NCBI GenBank assembly: GCA_950097015.1
Contig: CATNEN010000002.1
Location: forward strand, 1,798,001-1,862,000
Length of the DNA stretch: 64,000 nucleotides
From: Macrostomum hystrix
Taxonomy: Eukaryota > Animalia > Platyhelminthes
Reading direction: 5' to 3'
How positions within the stretch are numbered: the first letter of the stretch is position 1; the number at the start of each line of letters is the position of its first letter. The notes under the pieces are model-generated. The model saw only the letters and a list, made by a program, of their open reading frames with translations, was not told the origin of the DNA and did no database searches. The position numbers and the translations under genes were made by a program. This document shows positions 38,490 through 54,273 of this stretch, in pieces.

Positions 38490-40020
38490 GCAACTAAATA
38501 CAGACCAATCAACCTAACATCCTGCCTAAACAAAGTTTTTAAAAAAATCATTGCGCGGAGGCTAAAAAGCCACCTGGAATCCACGGGCGCACTGGGTGCA
38601 GATCAATGCGCCTACAGGAAAAATCACTCCACTTATGATAATCTGTGCCGCTTGGTGCAGAGTATCATGGTGGCCAAACACAAGAAAAAGAAACTATCCG
38701 CAGTCCTGCTAGATGTCGAAGCAGCCTTTGACTCCATCTGGCAGGATGCACTGCAGTACCAAATGATCCAGGCAAACCTACCGGGGTGGGTTCTTAGGAT
38801 CTGCTCCAGCTACTTTCGGGACAGGTTGGTCTTAGTGAGGGTTAACTTAGCCCTCAGCCAGTCATTTAAACTCAAGGCTGGCGTCCCCCAGGGTGGAGTC
38901 ATCAGCCCACTCTTCTATGTGCTCTTTGTGAGCACCATGCCAACCCCAAAAACACCTGGAGTAGAACAAAGCCAGTTTGCCGACAACATGGCAATCTGGG
39001 CGTTGGTGGAAGGTTTTGTTAAGCTCAGGAAAAACCTGCAGCGCTACCTGGATGAAGTCCATAAATGGTGTGGTGTGCAGGGCATCAAAATCAATGCCGG
39101 AAAAAGCCAGGCCATAACCTTCAATTGCAACAAACCCAGGGTAGGGTGCCAGGATAAATGGCCCCAACTCCACCTGGGAACTGTGCAAATTCAAAACTGC
39201 GATGTAGTTAAGTTCCTGGGCATAAAGCTGGACACTAACCTGAGACTTAATGAGCACGTGAAATCACAAATCAACACTTGCAGAGCGCATGTGATGTGCC
39301 TTAGCAAGATTGCAAAAAAGACCAATCTGAAGCGACACTCTGAAAATGCTATACCAGGCTTACGTGGAGAGCACCATGAAATATGGACATACATGCGCAA
39401 CCTCCCAAATCTTAGCCGGCCGTGCGACTTAGTTTTTGCTCTCATTTGCGACTTAGTTCATTTCATTGCTCTATTTACGACTTAGTTTGCTCTCATTTGC
39501 TCTCTTTTTCTCTCCCCTTTTTCCTTTTCTTCACGCCTTCCTTTTTTGTCCCTTGGTCCCCCCTTTGATTTTTTTGCGCTTGGTCAATTGGTTTTTGCGA
39601 CTTACCTTGCTTGGCCCTCGTTTCACCCGGCCGGTTCGGCCGGGTCGGCCGGGTGTTCCGCATGTATGAATATGGAGCACCCATTCTAACAATCCTAAGC
39701 CTGGGAAAGAGTGACCTTCAGAAAATTCAAAACATTGCCCTCAGAATCTTCTATGGGATCCCATCCTACATCTCCACCAGCTACTTGCATGAGCATGCCC
39801 AGATGCCCCTGGTAGCGAACAGGATTGATGATCTGGGGACCCGCTGGCTCCTTAAAGCCTGCAAGGCTAAAATGCACAACCTAGAGAGGCGCCCTGATCC
39901 GATTAGGATAAACCCGGGATCCAGAATGCCTGTCCTACATCACCTCTGGGAAATCCTGGAGAGGAGAATCGCTGCTGCTACACCAGCAACCAGGGGTCCA
40001 GGCGGGACAAACTAAAAAGA
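38490..40020 (+). mobile_element. Decayed, 5'-truncated non-LTR retrotransposon (LINE; Jockey/I-like reverse transcriptase)
   Basis: YRPINLTSCLNKVF, LLDVEAAFDSIW, GVPQGGVISP, QFADN (expected [Y/F]ADD), VKFLGIKLD; frameshift near 39340; interrupted by a MITE. Confidence 0.9.
39388..39668. mobile_element. hAT-type MITE, 281 bp, TIR CATACATGCG(c/g)AAC, 8-bp TSD AATATGGA, inside the LINE
   Basis: aatatgga at 39380-39387 and 39669-39676; catacatgcg...cgcatgtatg; removing it restores MKYG|APIL in the RT. Confidence 0.9.
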
Positions 40021-40721
40021 GGCAGCAACAGAAACCAAAAAACAATCACCACATAGCACCCAACATCTGCAGCAGTTTATCTCATGTTGTGCTTGCTCTT
40101 TAGTTTGGCAAAAAGTGGAAAAAAATAACAAGTCCCGGCACTAGATACTAAGCCATCCAGGTAATCCTTTGGGTCAGACTTCTAGATGTCATCATCGCAC
40201 CGAGACGTGGGACGTTCCTTGAAGTTGCTTATACAAGCTACCACAGGTACCAGTGAACCACAAACACTGGGCCAGTATATCGGCTTAACTTCGTCTCATT
40301 GGTTAGATACACCTGTAATTGAGACTCCAATATTTATACAGTTATACTCACAATATCCTGATGTATTCTAGCGGAAAGCATACTTTTTGTAAAGCCAACT
40401 ATTGCTAGTGGAGTAATTTGTGCATCGAACTAAAAGACACAAATAATCATTATTCTACCAAAATATAAAACTTTAAAAATAAGTGCGAGGGAGGGTGGTG
40501 ACAGTTCGCTCTTGCTGTCTTGCATCTCTTATGCCCCCCTCGGAATCTATACCCCAGTTATGTGTTCATCATACAGTACAAACATACTTGTGAGCTTGCG
40601 TACCTATGCTAATGAAATGATGTTTATGTTGCCTAGCAGAAATATTTATACTTAAAATATTGTTTTTTACACAAACTGTAAAAAAATATTTTTCTACTTC
40701 TATTTCTATCTCTTTTTGGAT

Positions 40722-41145
40722 CCTAGACACTTCGTCATCTTACAACTTCGTCATCTTACAACTTCGTCATCCCCTTGGAAGGTAGGACACTTCGTCATCC
40801 AGCCAATTGGCATGCTTTAAAGTTTGGTCAGTTCATCATCTACTAATAACAAGCAATCAAGTTTGTCATCAATAAAGTGAGGGTGGGGTGGTGGGGCAGA
40901 GGTGTGAACACACTTCACACTCTAAATTGTCAAAAAGAGGTGTCAAAACTGATTTGAAAGAGTTGAAAGATAGGTGCCAACACGATGTGAGGAGGTAGGG
41001 AGGGGTGGTTCTGTTGTAACTTTGAAAACTTGTTTTATAGATGACAAAGTGTCCACAAGTCTAAGTCTCTTTGTCATACACCCTCTGAGATATTGGACAG
41101 ATTGTCATCTGGATGACAAAGTTGTAAGATGACGAAGTATCCAGG
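40722..41145. mobile_element. Foldback/MITE-like element with imperfect TIRs built from acttcgtcatc repeats
   Basis: cctagacacttcgtcatcttacaacttcgtcatc versus reverse complement of gatgacaaagttgtaagatgacgaagtatccagg; no TSD resolved. Confidence 0.7.
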
Positions 41146-42908
41146 TAGGGGCCTACCTCTCTTTTAACCCCACTTTCCAATTACCAAAATACTGAATGCT
41201 AAATTCAAAATAGGCCTACCTATGTTCTAACCACTTTTAACACCATGGCTCAGTGCTCAGTGGCTCAGTTACTTGATTTACCTATCGCAAATTTTCCCTC
41301 GATCTATTTCTTTTATTTTTATTCGAACCCAAACTTCGGACCTCCTAAAATGATTAAATTTCTAAACTACTATTTTTTACTTTTATATAATTTATATTTT
41401 AATAGAAATGTTTTAGGGCCTAATACAAGTATAGAATATATATACAGCAGTAGAGCCCCCACAAAGGGCTGACCGGCAGTCCAGATTGGACGAGGCCGTT
41501 TAACAACAACAAATGAAGTTAAAAATACAATTAAAAAACGTCTATTCAATACATTGTATAGGCCTATTTGCAACCATTTTTTACATAACTATTTAAGTAA
41601 TTTGACCTTTAGATCTGGTTTCATAAATTATTCGCGCTTTACAGACATAGCAATGTATATTAGAACTATGAGCCTGACGGTTCGTTAACAAATTATAGCC
41701 CTATTCAATTATATTTAGTTTCATAACAATAACTCATAGGCTGACAATAACCGCGTTGTGTCTTTTTAAATTAACAGGCCAAAAATAAAAACAAAAAATG
41801 TGTTTCTAATTTACTTAGTCGGTACACTTTTAAGTCCTCCTGAAAAAAATTGACAGAGTTAGAAAAATAAAATAAATAAGTGCAACGGTAAGGCAAGGAG
41901 AAACTTAATAATTTAGTGTTGTTGTGGTTAAATCTGACTGCCATGTGCGAGCAAAAACTTGCAAAACATGTTACTTCAACGACTTTTTTTAAAAGCTTCA
42001 TTCTTTTTTCTTTTCGCTTATTTATAATTTGTTTATCAATTATCATTGTTTATAATCCATTTATAGTCAGTAGCTTTACGGTACGCACGTACTGTGTACT
42101 GCTTGTACTATATCATAGACGCAGCGAGCATCTAGTGGGATTCTCGATTCTCCAATACTGCAGTTTTATAGGAATTACAGTTCGTAATATTTAGAAGATT
42201 GCTACATGATCGCTTAATTTCATATATTTGCTGAATTTTCGCTAGCGCGCACAAAATCATGTACAAACAAATTGATATATATCAAGTATTATATATTGTG
42301 GCTTATAAAACGGATGCAACTCTGGCAGTCTGCTTTAATTTCCACTAAATAAAGTAAATGTTTATACAGTTATAGGTTTGCTAGAAAAATTAATTTAGCT
42401 CGCAATTGATACGAGCGTACATCCTAAATTTACTTTGCTACAAAACACCAAGCTAGGACTACTATAGTATAGTAGTTATGGCTGGGAGTCTAGTGTAGGT
42501 GCGCGCAGTGCTATACTACTAGTATGTATGAGTAGTCTAGAAGTATGTCGATGCCTACAAAGAGAATTTTTATATTTACACCAACGTTGGATCAAAGTTA
42601 GCGTCTCAAGCTGATTATGCAACTTAATTCTTGTAGTCTTTTCGAACATTTTTTTACATTTTGTTGAATTTTTTCGTTTTGTCGGATTTATTCGTCGGCG
42701 TAAAGTTTCCATTTGCCATTCGACGTCGCTGAATGTCGGTGATCCGTCGTGAAATTCACTAGACGTCACATTGCTTTTTGTCTGCTTGCGAATTAGTTTA
42801 TCAGGACATTTTTGGAATTAAATTAAGAGAGGTGCATGAAACCTGCGTGTAATTCATGCATTCGAAATTTATGCCTCGTTTGTATTATAACAGCTTATTA
42901 TATAGTAC

Positions 42909-46230
<3,322 letters not shown>

Positions 46231-46461
46231 ACGTAACAATCGTCATTAATGAAGTTAAATAAAAAGGGCAAAATACATGCTGTCAAAGTTTTGTATAATT
46301 TATTAAGTCTGGGCGTTGAATTAAAACTATATTGTGGAGTTCAGTTGTTGATTCCGTATAAGTGGATATAGATATGGCACAGGATTTTTTCTGATCGTGG
46401 TTTGAGTTGAATTAAGCTTTAGTTGTCCATGTCTTTATAGCCTTGCAGATTGAAAAAAGCT

Positions 46462-47713
46462 TCAATCGGAGCGCTCGCACATGACCAGCACATCGAAGCC
46501 ATCATTCATGTCGTGCTCCGAGCCTCCGTAGGGAAAGTAGGCCGAGCCGAACTCCGGGACGTACTTCCCGGCGCACCACTCGCCGTTGATTTTCGCTCGG
46601 GCGATGTACACCGGCGTGCCCTTGTCTGAGCCACCGATTAGCGAGTATTTGGGAATACTATTGCTACTGGCTGGCACCCACTTGTAGCCAGGGCCACCGG
46701 GGAGGCCGAAGTTGCTAGTCTCGCACAGAACCTGCCGTTAAAAATAGTTTTATGAACATGACCAGCCTTCTGAGTAATCTTCATACATACCAACAAAATC
46801 AAATGAGATACTATCAAAAGTCTTCAATGTTTACAAAGATTCTTAGATTTGACTACTGAGCACACACACACCCAAATACTGTGCGCAGGCACACACTCAT
46901 ACAGGTTTAGGCGTGTACATCTGGCCTGACTTCTCATCTTGAGCCAGCTTGTATCACTTTAACTGTGTCTAGGAGGTTAGCCCGGTCAAGGGCGAAAATT
47001 GCACACGATAAGCCCCCAAGCCTTCCCTCCGCGGTTGCGCTCCAAATAAATGTGGCCTCGCCAAGGAATCGAGCTCAGGGACCTTGGCACGAGAGGCAAA
47101 CGCGTTAGACCGCTCTGCCACTAACCCTCTTTGCTCAAGAAACGTTCGATAGAAATCGTGCCCACAGTAATTAGTGTTGAGTACTACATACACTCAAGTT
47201 ACGCAGATGTTTCTGGCGCATTAAATATTGTTGCGTTCAGTTTCTCACTGAACGGACTGGGAGGGGGTTGCCACAACAACTAGATTTCTACGTCCAGCAA
47301 GGCTTGTTCCTTATTCTTACAGTCAGATAAAAAATGACAATTGGTTCAAAACTCCTGCATGTCTCTTCTCGATCAGAAATCCGAAATTCATACCACAGGA
47401 CAATTTTTTACGTCGAGTGTTTTACTACTAACCAACTAGAAACTTAAATAATCCCGTCACACACCTGTATTTGCATAATCTAGCTCACCTGGTAATTTGG
47501 GAACGACTTCTCCTCGCTGCCATACGGAGCGTAGCAGTTTTGGTGACCGGTGGGCATTTTGCCAGGCACATATTCGCCCTCGTAAACGCACCTAGCAACG
47601 TAGACATTGTCGCCGACGCTGACAGCTCCAGCTGGGATCTCGCCATTTGAGGCGTTCACCCAGGATAGGCAGAGGTCGACACCCTTGCCACATTTGCTCT
47701 TGAATGTGCTCAT
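46462..47713 (-). CDS. DM9-repeat protein 2, 164 aa, 2 exons, paralog of DM9 gene 1
   Basis: Exons 47713-47489 and 46731-46462, identical lengths (225+270) and phase to gene 1; 53/75 identical residues in exon 1. Confidence 0.92.
46851..47127 (-). mobile_element. tRNA-derived SINE, copy 5, in the DM9 gene 2 intron
   Basis: Reverse complement gggttagtggcagagcggtctaacgcgtttgcctctcg...cctgagctcgattcc matches other copies. Confidence 0.85.
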
Positions 47714-47799
47714 TGTTATGAGTAAGCAGCAGTCATAGAAAAGTAAACGAATCGAAAAGGCTGTTCTGACATTAAAGCAGTCTTGGTTGGTAATTTCTG

Positions 47800-47807
47800 T
47801 TTATATA
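47800..47807 (-). promoter_or_regulatory. Putative TATA box of DM9 gene 2
   Basis: TATATAAA on minus ~87 bp upstream of ATG 47713. Confidence 0.5.
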
Positions 47808-48439
47808 TGCATGAACGCGGTTGAACGCCACTAGTCCGGAAACATAACTAAATGCGCATTCTCTCAAAACCGCCCCCTCTCTCTTGTCGAATAATAACAA
47901 ACTATGCTGTGCGAACATGTAAAGCCACGTAGGAAAGCAGGGGACCAAAAACCATTTGCATGCAAGATGAAACGATGCAGTTTATTGCGCAGAAATATTA
48001 TTTATATAAAAATGCTACAAGTAGCGGGGTCGTTGGCAACTTGTAGTGGATGTGACAGTGACTCCCCTAGTCGACAATGACTTTCGCCATCTTGCCATAT
48101 CTGACTTACAAAATCGTGCACTTTTTGCAAAGAAAGTATAAGATCTGACTTGAGTTTTCTTGACCGATCTGGCAAGATATTACAAGAAAAGTAGTCAGAT
48201 CTGGCAAGATCGTTTAAGAATACAATAAGATCTGTTAAGTTTTTTGCAAGAATTTATAGTGACGGATCCCGATTTTCATGCACTTTGAATTATTTAAATT
48301 ATTGGGAAGAACGTTCAAATTAAGAAAGCAAGTCAGTTTTCAAGAGACGATAAGTGCTTAAAACCTTATTGGTTCTCATACGGATCCTTAATTCGATATA
48401 ATCCTTAAATCTTAATCCATAATCCTTTAATTCTTGCCT

Positions 48440-49500
48440 TAGGAATAGGCAATGTGAATAGGCAATGCGAATGCTACATGAATTGGCAACGCAACGTGAA
48501 TAGGCAACGTGTATAGGCAATGTGAATAGGCAATGTGAATGCTACATGAATTGGCAACGCAACGTGTATAGGCGATGTGAATAGGCAACGTGAATAGGCA
48601 ATGTGAATGCTACATAAATTGGCAACGCAACGTGTATAGGCAATGTGAATAGGCAACGTGAATAGGCAATGTGAATGCTACATGAATTGGCAACGCAACG
48701 TGTATAGGCGATGTGAATAGGCAACGTGAATAGGCAATGTGAATGCTACATGAATTGGCAACGCAACGTGTATAGGCAATGTGAATAGGCAACGTGAATA
48801 GGCAATGTGAATGCTACATGAATTGGCAACGCAACGTGTATAGGCAATGTGAATAGGCAACGTGAATAGGCAATGTGAATGCTACATGAATTGGCAACGC
48901 AACGTGTATAGGCGATGTGAATAGGCAACGTGAATAGGCAATGTGAATGCTACATGAATTGGCAACGCAACGTGTATAGGCAATGTGAATAGGCAACGTG
49001 AATAGGCAATGTGAATGCTACATGAATTGGCAACGCAACGTGTATAGGCAATGTGAATAGGCAACGTGAATAGGCAATGTGAATGCTACATGAATTGGCA
49101 ACGCAACGTGAATAGGCAACGTGAATGGGCAGTGTGTATAGGCAACGTGAATAGGCAATGTGAATAGGCAATGTGAATGCTACATGAATTGGCAACGCAA
49201 CGTGAATAGGCAACGTGAATGCTACATGAATTGGCAACGCAACGTGAATAGGCAACGTGAATGCTACATGAATTGGCAACGCAACGTGTATAGGCAATGT
49301 GAATAGGCAATGTGAATGCTACATGAATTGGCAACGCAACGTGTATAGGCAACGTGAATAGGCAACGTGAATAGGCAACGTGAATGCTACATGAATTGGC
49401 AACGCAACGTGAATAGGCAATGTGAATGGGCAGTGTGTATAGGCAACGTGAATAGGCAATGTGAATGCTACATGAATGGGCAACGCAACGCAACGGGAAT
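48440..49500. repeat. 68-bp tandem array built from gtgaataggcaa(c/t) sub-repeats, inside the EnSpm element just 3' of the transposase
   Basis: Repeat ORFs recur every 68 bp; unit gaataggcaatgtgaatgctacatgaattggcaacgcaacgtgtataggcaatgtgaataggcaacgt. Confidence 0.95.
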
Positions 49501-49513
49501 GAGCAATGACAGT

Positions 49514-51793
49514 TTAATTATGTTCATTTAGTAGCAAAATAGGTGCGACAAAAGTAATGTTCGAGTTCGCCAAAGGGATTAGTACACACTTTCGGCGTAG
49601 ATATCTGCAGTCGACCTTTAACTGGTCCTCAGAGATCGGGACATCTTGTCGATCCCGCTCGAGAACGAACAGATCGATTAGCGGCACATCAGTGCACATG
49701 TTGAAATGCGTCTGAAAATGTGTCGCTTTGGGGAGAGGAGCAACTGTAGCGACCGTTTCGGATTCAAACTTTAGAATCGTGCCAAAGCATCTCGCGTTCG
49801 AATCGGGCTGCTGATACTCGCAGATATAACTGACAGATGAACCTTTGCGCTTATTGCTGATACTGTGAAAAGAGATGCCATTAATCTTCATTGATTCAGG
49901 TGTCCGGCGTGATCGGCCTCGGCTCGCCTTTCTTCCTTGAATAAACTGAAATGTTTGAGCCGCTCGAGGACTTTTGATGAAAAACCAATCAAGCAGCTTG
50001 AGAAGACAAAATTTTTCAGCAATTTGCTTTGGATGGTCCACAGTCCCTTTAATGAATCTCTTAAGAAGTGACATACGACCTTCAAACGCAAACATAGATG
50101 TGTTTGCGATGCTTCCGCATCTCTGCACTTGATAAGGTAAATGAAGCAAAAGGTGCGCATTTAATGTCCGGAATGTAATGGGACAAGTTTTTGACATACA
50201 ATCCAGAAACGCCTTTGTTGCAAGTGTAAGTTGCTCAGCAGTCCCAGCCGTGTAGAGGCAGTTAAGTAAAACTGTTAGATACGTCAGCAATCTGCACATT
50301 GAATGTTCAAGGTAAGGTGTTAAAACTGGGATCATAGCGTAGAGACCGAAGTTTCGCAAATCATGCGCTTTCCAGTTCGCAAGAGATTCGTCGAGTTTCT
50401 TAAATCTTTCCATGTCATGAGGGACTGAAAGATTGGATAAAAAAATGTTGATAGCTTTAAACGCATGCCGGCCAATCTTCTCAGATACCACGAACTTCAA
50501 TATTTTCTTGAGCACTCCTTCCAACAAAAGGTGCATCGTGTCCAGAAGAATGCATTCAGGTGGACTCATAAAATTTTGAAGCACAGAGCTGCCTCGGAGT
50601 CCATAGACGGTGTTGTTGCCACTACTAGCCGAAATCCTGCCATGTTGTTCGAATTCTTCACGGCTTCGAATGGTACATAGATTGTCAGCATCAATAGCGT
50701 AGATCATGACGTTCCCACCTTTGTCAGACTTCACGACCTCACCAGGCTCGTAGCACTTTGGGCACGCAAAGTAGCCGTTAAATTGGTTAATACTAAGGAT
50801 GGATGCGAGCGCTGGAAGGTCGCAAACACAATAGGTAATGCTGACACTAAAAAATCTAGGTTCGTTGTTTCTGCCAAGGAATTGTCCTTCAATAGGAAAT
50901 TGCTGCAGCGCAAGGGCCATGACCCTTTCCCATTTTGGCTTGCAGGGCCCAGACCAGAGGCCAAACAAAATTGACGTTTTGGCAGACTGTCGCAGCAATG
51001 GACCCATGTTCAATACTGAGCACTGAATTGGCCACATGCTGTCAGTTTTAGAGCTGTAGAAGCAGGCACCATCTGCGTTAATAACCAACTGAATTTCGAA
51101 TGGGCCTTTGCCATTAGAAACACTGTCTGTCAATACATCACGAAAGCCACGTTTCATCTTTTCAAAGTGGGCTTCAATGTCCTCATGATAGCATTCGAGC
51201 AGAAGACGGAGCTGCTTGATTATTTCGATCTGATGGTAAACGCCAGCTTCGCCTCCCTCGCAACGACAGTCAGCTTCAAACTCTGAACAGTGAATACAAA
51301 TTCTATACACCGAAATCCACTTAGTCCAGTCTTCAATCCCTTCTTTGATAATGCTCTTGAGTGTTCTGACAGTACGAGGAACGGAGGCGCCATACAAACT
51401 CGCAATTTTTAAAAACTGTTCAAGTGCAACATCAGTCGAGTTGTTGAGAAGCTTGTAATACATGAAGCAACTTGCTTTCTCCAGTTTGGTGGTGCTTTCA
51501 AGCAGCTGCTGAGCAGGGTGTAAATCGTCATTGGCTTCTGGAATATCAGAACTCGCACCCACGGTTTCAACGTCAGCTGCTGCTGAGGATATTGCAGTTC
51601 GGAGTTGGTGCGCATTGATTCTGCATGGAATCGTATGATTGACATCCTTGTCTCCAGATTCAAAGTCTTCGGTATCAGATAGAGAAGATACTTCATTTGA
51701 CGAAGCATCGCAATCAAACTCTGCAGCACGAACTACACGGTGTGACTTGATTCTTGTGTCCGCATATCGCTTTTGGAAGCGGAGACGTTGCGC
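49514..51793 (-). CDS. EnSpm/CACTA-family DDE transposase (single 760-codon exon from acceptor 51793)
   Basis: Motifs INADG...WPIQC, CDLPA...FNGYFACPKC, LDTMHLLLEG, WKAHDLRNF, NAHLLLHL...SMFAFEG as in animal CMC/EnSpm transposases; frame open from ttttcag|GCG at 51793 to the stop at 49514. Confidence 0.9.
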   Translation of the reverse strand, partial: AQRLRFQKRYADTRIKSHRVVRAAEFDCDASSNEVSSLSDTEDFESGDKDVNHTIPCRINAHQLRTAISSAAADVETVGASSDIPEANDDLHPAQQLLESTTKLEKASCFMYYKLLNNSTDVALEQFLKIASLYGASVPRTVRTLKSIIKEGIEDWTKWISVYRICIHCSEFEADCRCEGGEAGVYHQIEIIKQLRLLLECYHEDIEAHFEKMKRGFRDVLTDSVSNGKGPFEIQLVINADGACFYSSKTDSMWPIQCSVLNMGPLLRQSAKTSILFGLWSGPCKPKWERVMALALQQFPIEGQFLGRNNEPRFFSVSITYCVCDLPALASILSINQFNGYFACPKCYEPGEVVKSDKGGNVMIYAIDADNLCTIRSREEFEQHGRISASSGNNTVYGLRGSSVLQNFMSPPECILLDTMHLLLEGVLKKILKFVVSEKIGRHAFKAINIFLSNLSVPHDMERFKKLDESLANWKAHDLRNFGLYAMIPVLTPYLEHSMCRLLTYLTVLLNCLYTAGTAEQLTLATKAFLDCMSKTCPITFRTLNAHLLLHLPYQVQRCGSIANTSMFAFEGRMSLLKRFIKGTVDHPKQIAEKFCLLKLLDWFFIKSPRAAQTFQFIQGRKASRGRSRRTPESMKINGISFHSISNKRKGSSVSYICEYQQPDSNARCFGTILKFESETVATVAPLPKATHFQTHFNMCTDVPLIDLFVLERDRQDVPISEDQLKVDCRYLRRKCVLIPLANSNITFVAPILLLNEHN

Positions 51794-52971
51794 CTGAAAA
51801 GTTTTATAGTGAATTTGATGGCTTTAAAAAAGAACTCATTCAATCTTTATAAGCAATATGATGCAATGAAATGAAGCAATATAATATAAGCAATCTTTAT
51901 GAGCTTAGGGAGTGCTGCTCAAAATTTACTATTATCTATTTCGAGTTTTGTACATAAACTTTAGCAGCCTAGAAAAGGAGAATGCCTATTGTGTAATGCT
52001 AGATAGAATACTTTCAAGTTACTGATATTTATAGCTATGACTATTGGCGAACTTGCGAGGCCACGGATGAAGGCTGCATAGTTATAGTTGACAAGAAGCT
52101 AAACAAAGACAGCAAAGGAACTCTGCAGTAGCTGAATGCAGTGACAGTTTATTTTTCACGAATTACATAGAGCATGTCGTGTAATCGTACGCGCCTACAG
52201 AAGTTGGGCTGCAAAGAATAGCAATTCGCAAATCCTTCTCAAATGTACTTGCTTAAGCTTGTTGCTGTTATAAGTTACAACAATTCGTTGCTACATAAAA
52301 ATGTGCTAGCTAGAATTATTGATTTAAATTCCAGCAAATACATATTTGGCATAGTTAAACTATGCATTAAAAAATAGGCTATACCAGCAAACGTTTACAG
52401 AAAAAAATCGCCCACAAGCGTTAAAACACATTTTGCACTTGCAATTTTTTCAAACAAACAATTCTAAATAACAGACTTAATTCGACAAGAAGAGAAGAAG
52501 AGTCATTGAGGCTACAGAGATCAAAGTTGCAGTAGGACCTGGCGATGGGATACGTCCAAAAACAGATTTTGCCAGAGCAAAACATCTCTCTCCCTAAAAA
52601 TTCTGGAAGGACGCAGAGAGACACTAAAAGGTTGCTATAGCTCACAACTATTCGGTCTTCGTGTATGAAACCAATATTTATATAAACAAATATAATGGAA
52701 GTGCAGGCGACGGCGAGACTCTCGCTACGCTTCTCTTGCTTCACTCTTACTGCATTATGAGGTCATTGTGTGGCGCAATAATGCAGCCAAATAAACTACT
52801 TGCCATTCCCTCAGAGTCATAAATTAAGGTTATACGCAGAGCATATCTTCTAGTCTAGCAAACTAATTAGCGTATAATCCGCCTACCAGTTACTTAGGTG
52901 CGTGTACATAATATATATTATTGCCTTACAGTCCAGCAACATCGACAAATAACTAATGTTCAATCCCTCGC

Positions 52972-54273
52972 TTATTCAACAGAATTAGATTGGTCTCCAG
53001 TCTCATTAAGATGACGCTGTATACGCGCTAGCTTCGCAGCGCGATCTCGGGATGCCTGGTTGAGAGCCAGCCGCACAGAACGCCAATGACTTGAGCCGAA
53101 CCGCGCACGGAGAGCAGCTTAAAATAGTAGGTACATGGAAATAATGAGAAGTGTGATAAAACTTTCTCTGGGTTATTACTTTTACGTTTTAACGAAAAAG
53201 AATGCCAAGGCAAAGCACAAGGAGCAACCCATGAATGACTGCGCACTATGCAAATATATTATAACAACACTGATGATAAATTGATACATTTGCCAGAAAA
53301 AAATATTTTTAAAGAAACAAAACAACCTACCTTTTAAGTCTTTGATTAGAGTTTCGTCAGCATTTTCCAGATTAGATCCTTCTTGGAGCTTCTGTTCGAA
53401 CCGATGACGGGGGATAAAGCTTTGTCCCTTCATTCTGTCTACCACTTGGAGGGCAAACTGTGTCGGTGTCTCAGCTGAAATGTCATCAATGCAGAAGTGG
53501 CCGCCTCGCGAAGAAAGAAGATTTAACCCCGTAACTGGCTCAGTTGCCGGGCTCACATTTTGAGCAATCTCGCGAAGAAGTTTGTTTGACATCTTGGTCT
53601 GCTGGACGAGAGTGTTAATTCCATTAACCAAATTCACAAAATCCTTTTGCGGTATCACAATGCCTTCGTTGGTAGACCTAACAGTCGAATCAGACGTTGC
53701 ACTTGAGGCTGACGTGTTTCTACAGGTTATGACCGACGATGGCGACATTGATATCCTGATGGCTTCAGGATGGTTCTCGAAACTTGGGGTCATTGGCAGA
53801 GCAGCAGCCGTAGAGGCAGCAGATGCAGAATTAGCCATTGCAGCTTTTCTAAGGCTGTCAACCTTTTTCTTCTCGGCAATGATTGACAGCGAACGCTTTG
53901 ATGGTGGAGACGCACTTGCCTCCTCATCATTGTCTGTGCCACTGCTCGATGAGTCACTAGATACATTGTCTTCAGCAGCATAATCTGCATCAAAATCATC
54001 ATCGTTATCAAAATCGCCATCTGCATGGATTTCAGCTGTTGTAGTAAAAAAAGATGCACCAGAATTGCATCTTGGAGGGTTCCGATCTGCTGAACTGCTC
54101 CCCAGCTGTTTTTCATATGATTTTGCAAACTTGATAGCACAGTCGGTATCATAATCAGAATTAACATTCTGTGCCAGCGCTGCTTCAAAGTCCTGAATCT
54201 TTTCTATTTTCCCAATGCAGAGAAGAGTTGCAACATGCTTCTGCTCATTTTCGTTGACCAAAACCGTTGCTCC
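52972..54273 (-). CDS. Transposon accessory protein with acidic/Ser-rich linker and C-terminal BEN-like domain (TnpA analogue); 5' end unresolved
   Basis: Exons 54273-53331 and 53117-52972 join in phase 1 (AAA G|gtaggt...ttttaag|CT), giving ...TPTQFALQVVDRM...IKDLKAALRARFGSSHWRSVRLALNQASRDRAAK, resembling the BEN-domain terminal helix (W..V...INQ..RD). Confidence 0.65.

Noticed and set aside
42476-42769. 97-aa minus-strand ORF
   Set aside because: GTG start, no recognisable domain or splice support.
48474-49493. Series of near-identical 60-aa ORFs (MPIHIAY...)
   Set aside because: Translation of the 68-bp tandem repeat; TTG/GTG starts, no coding evidence.
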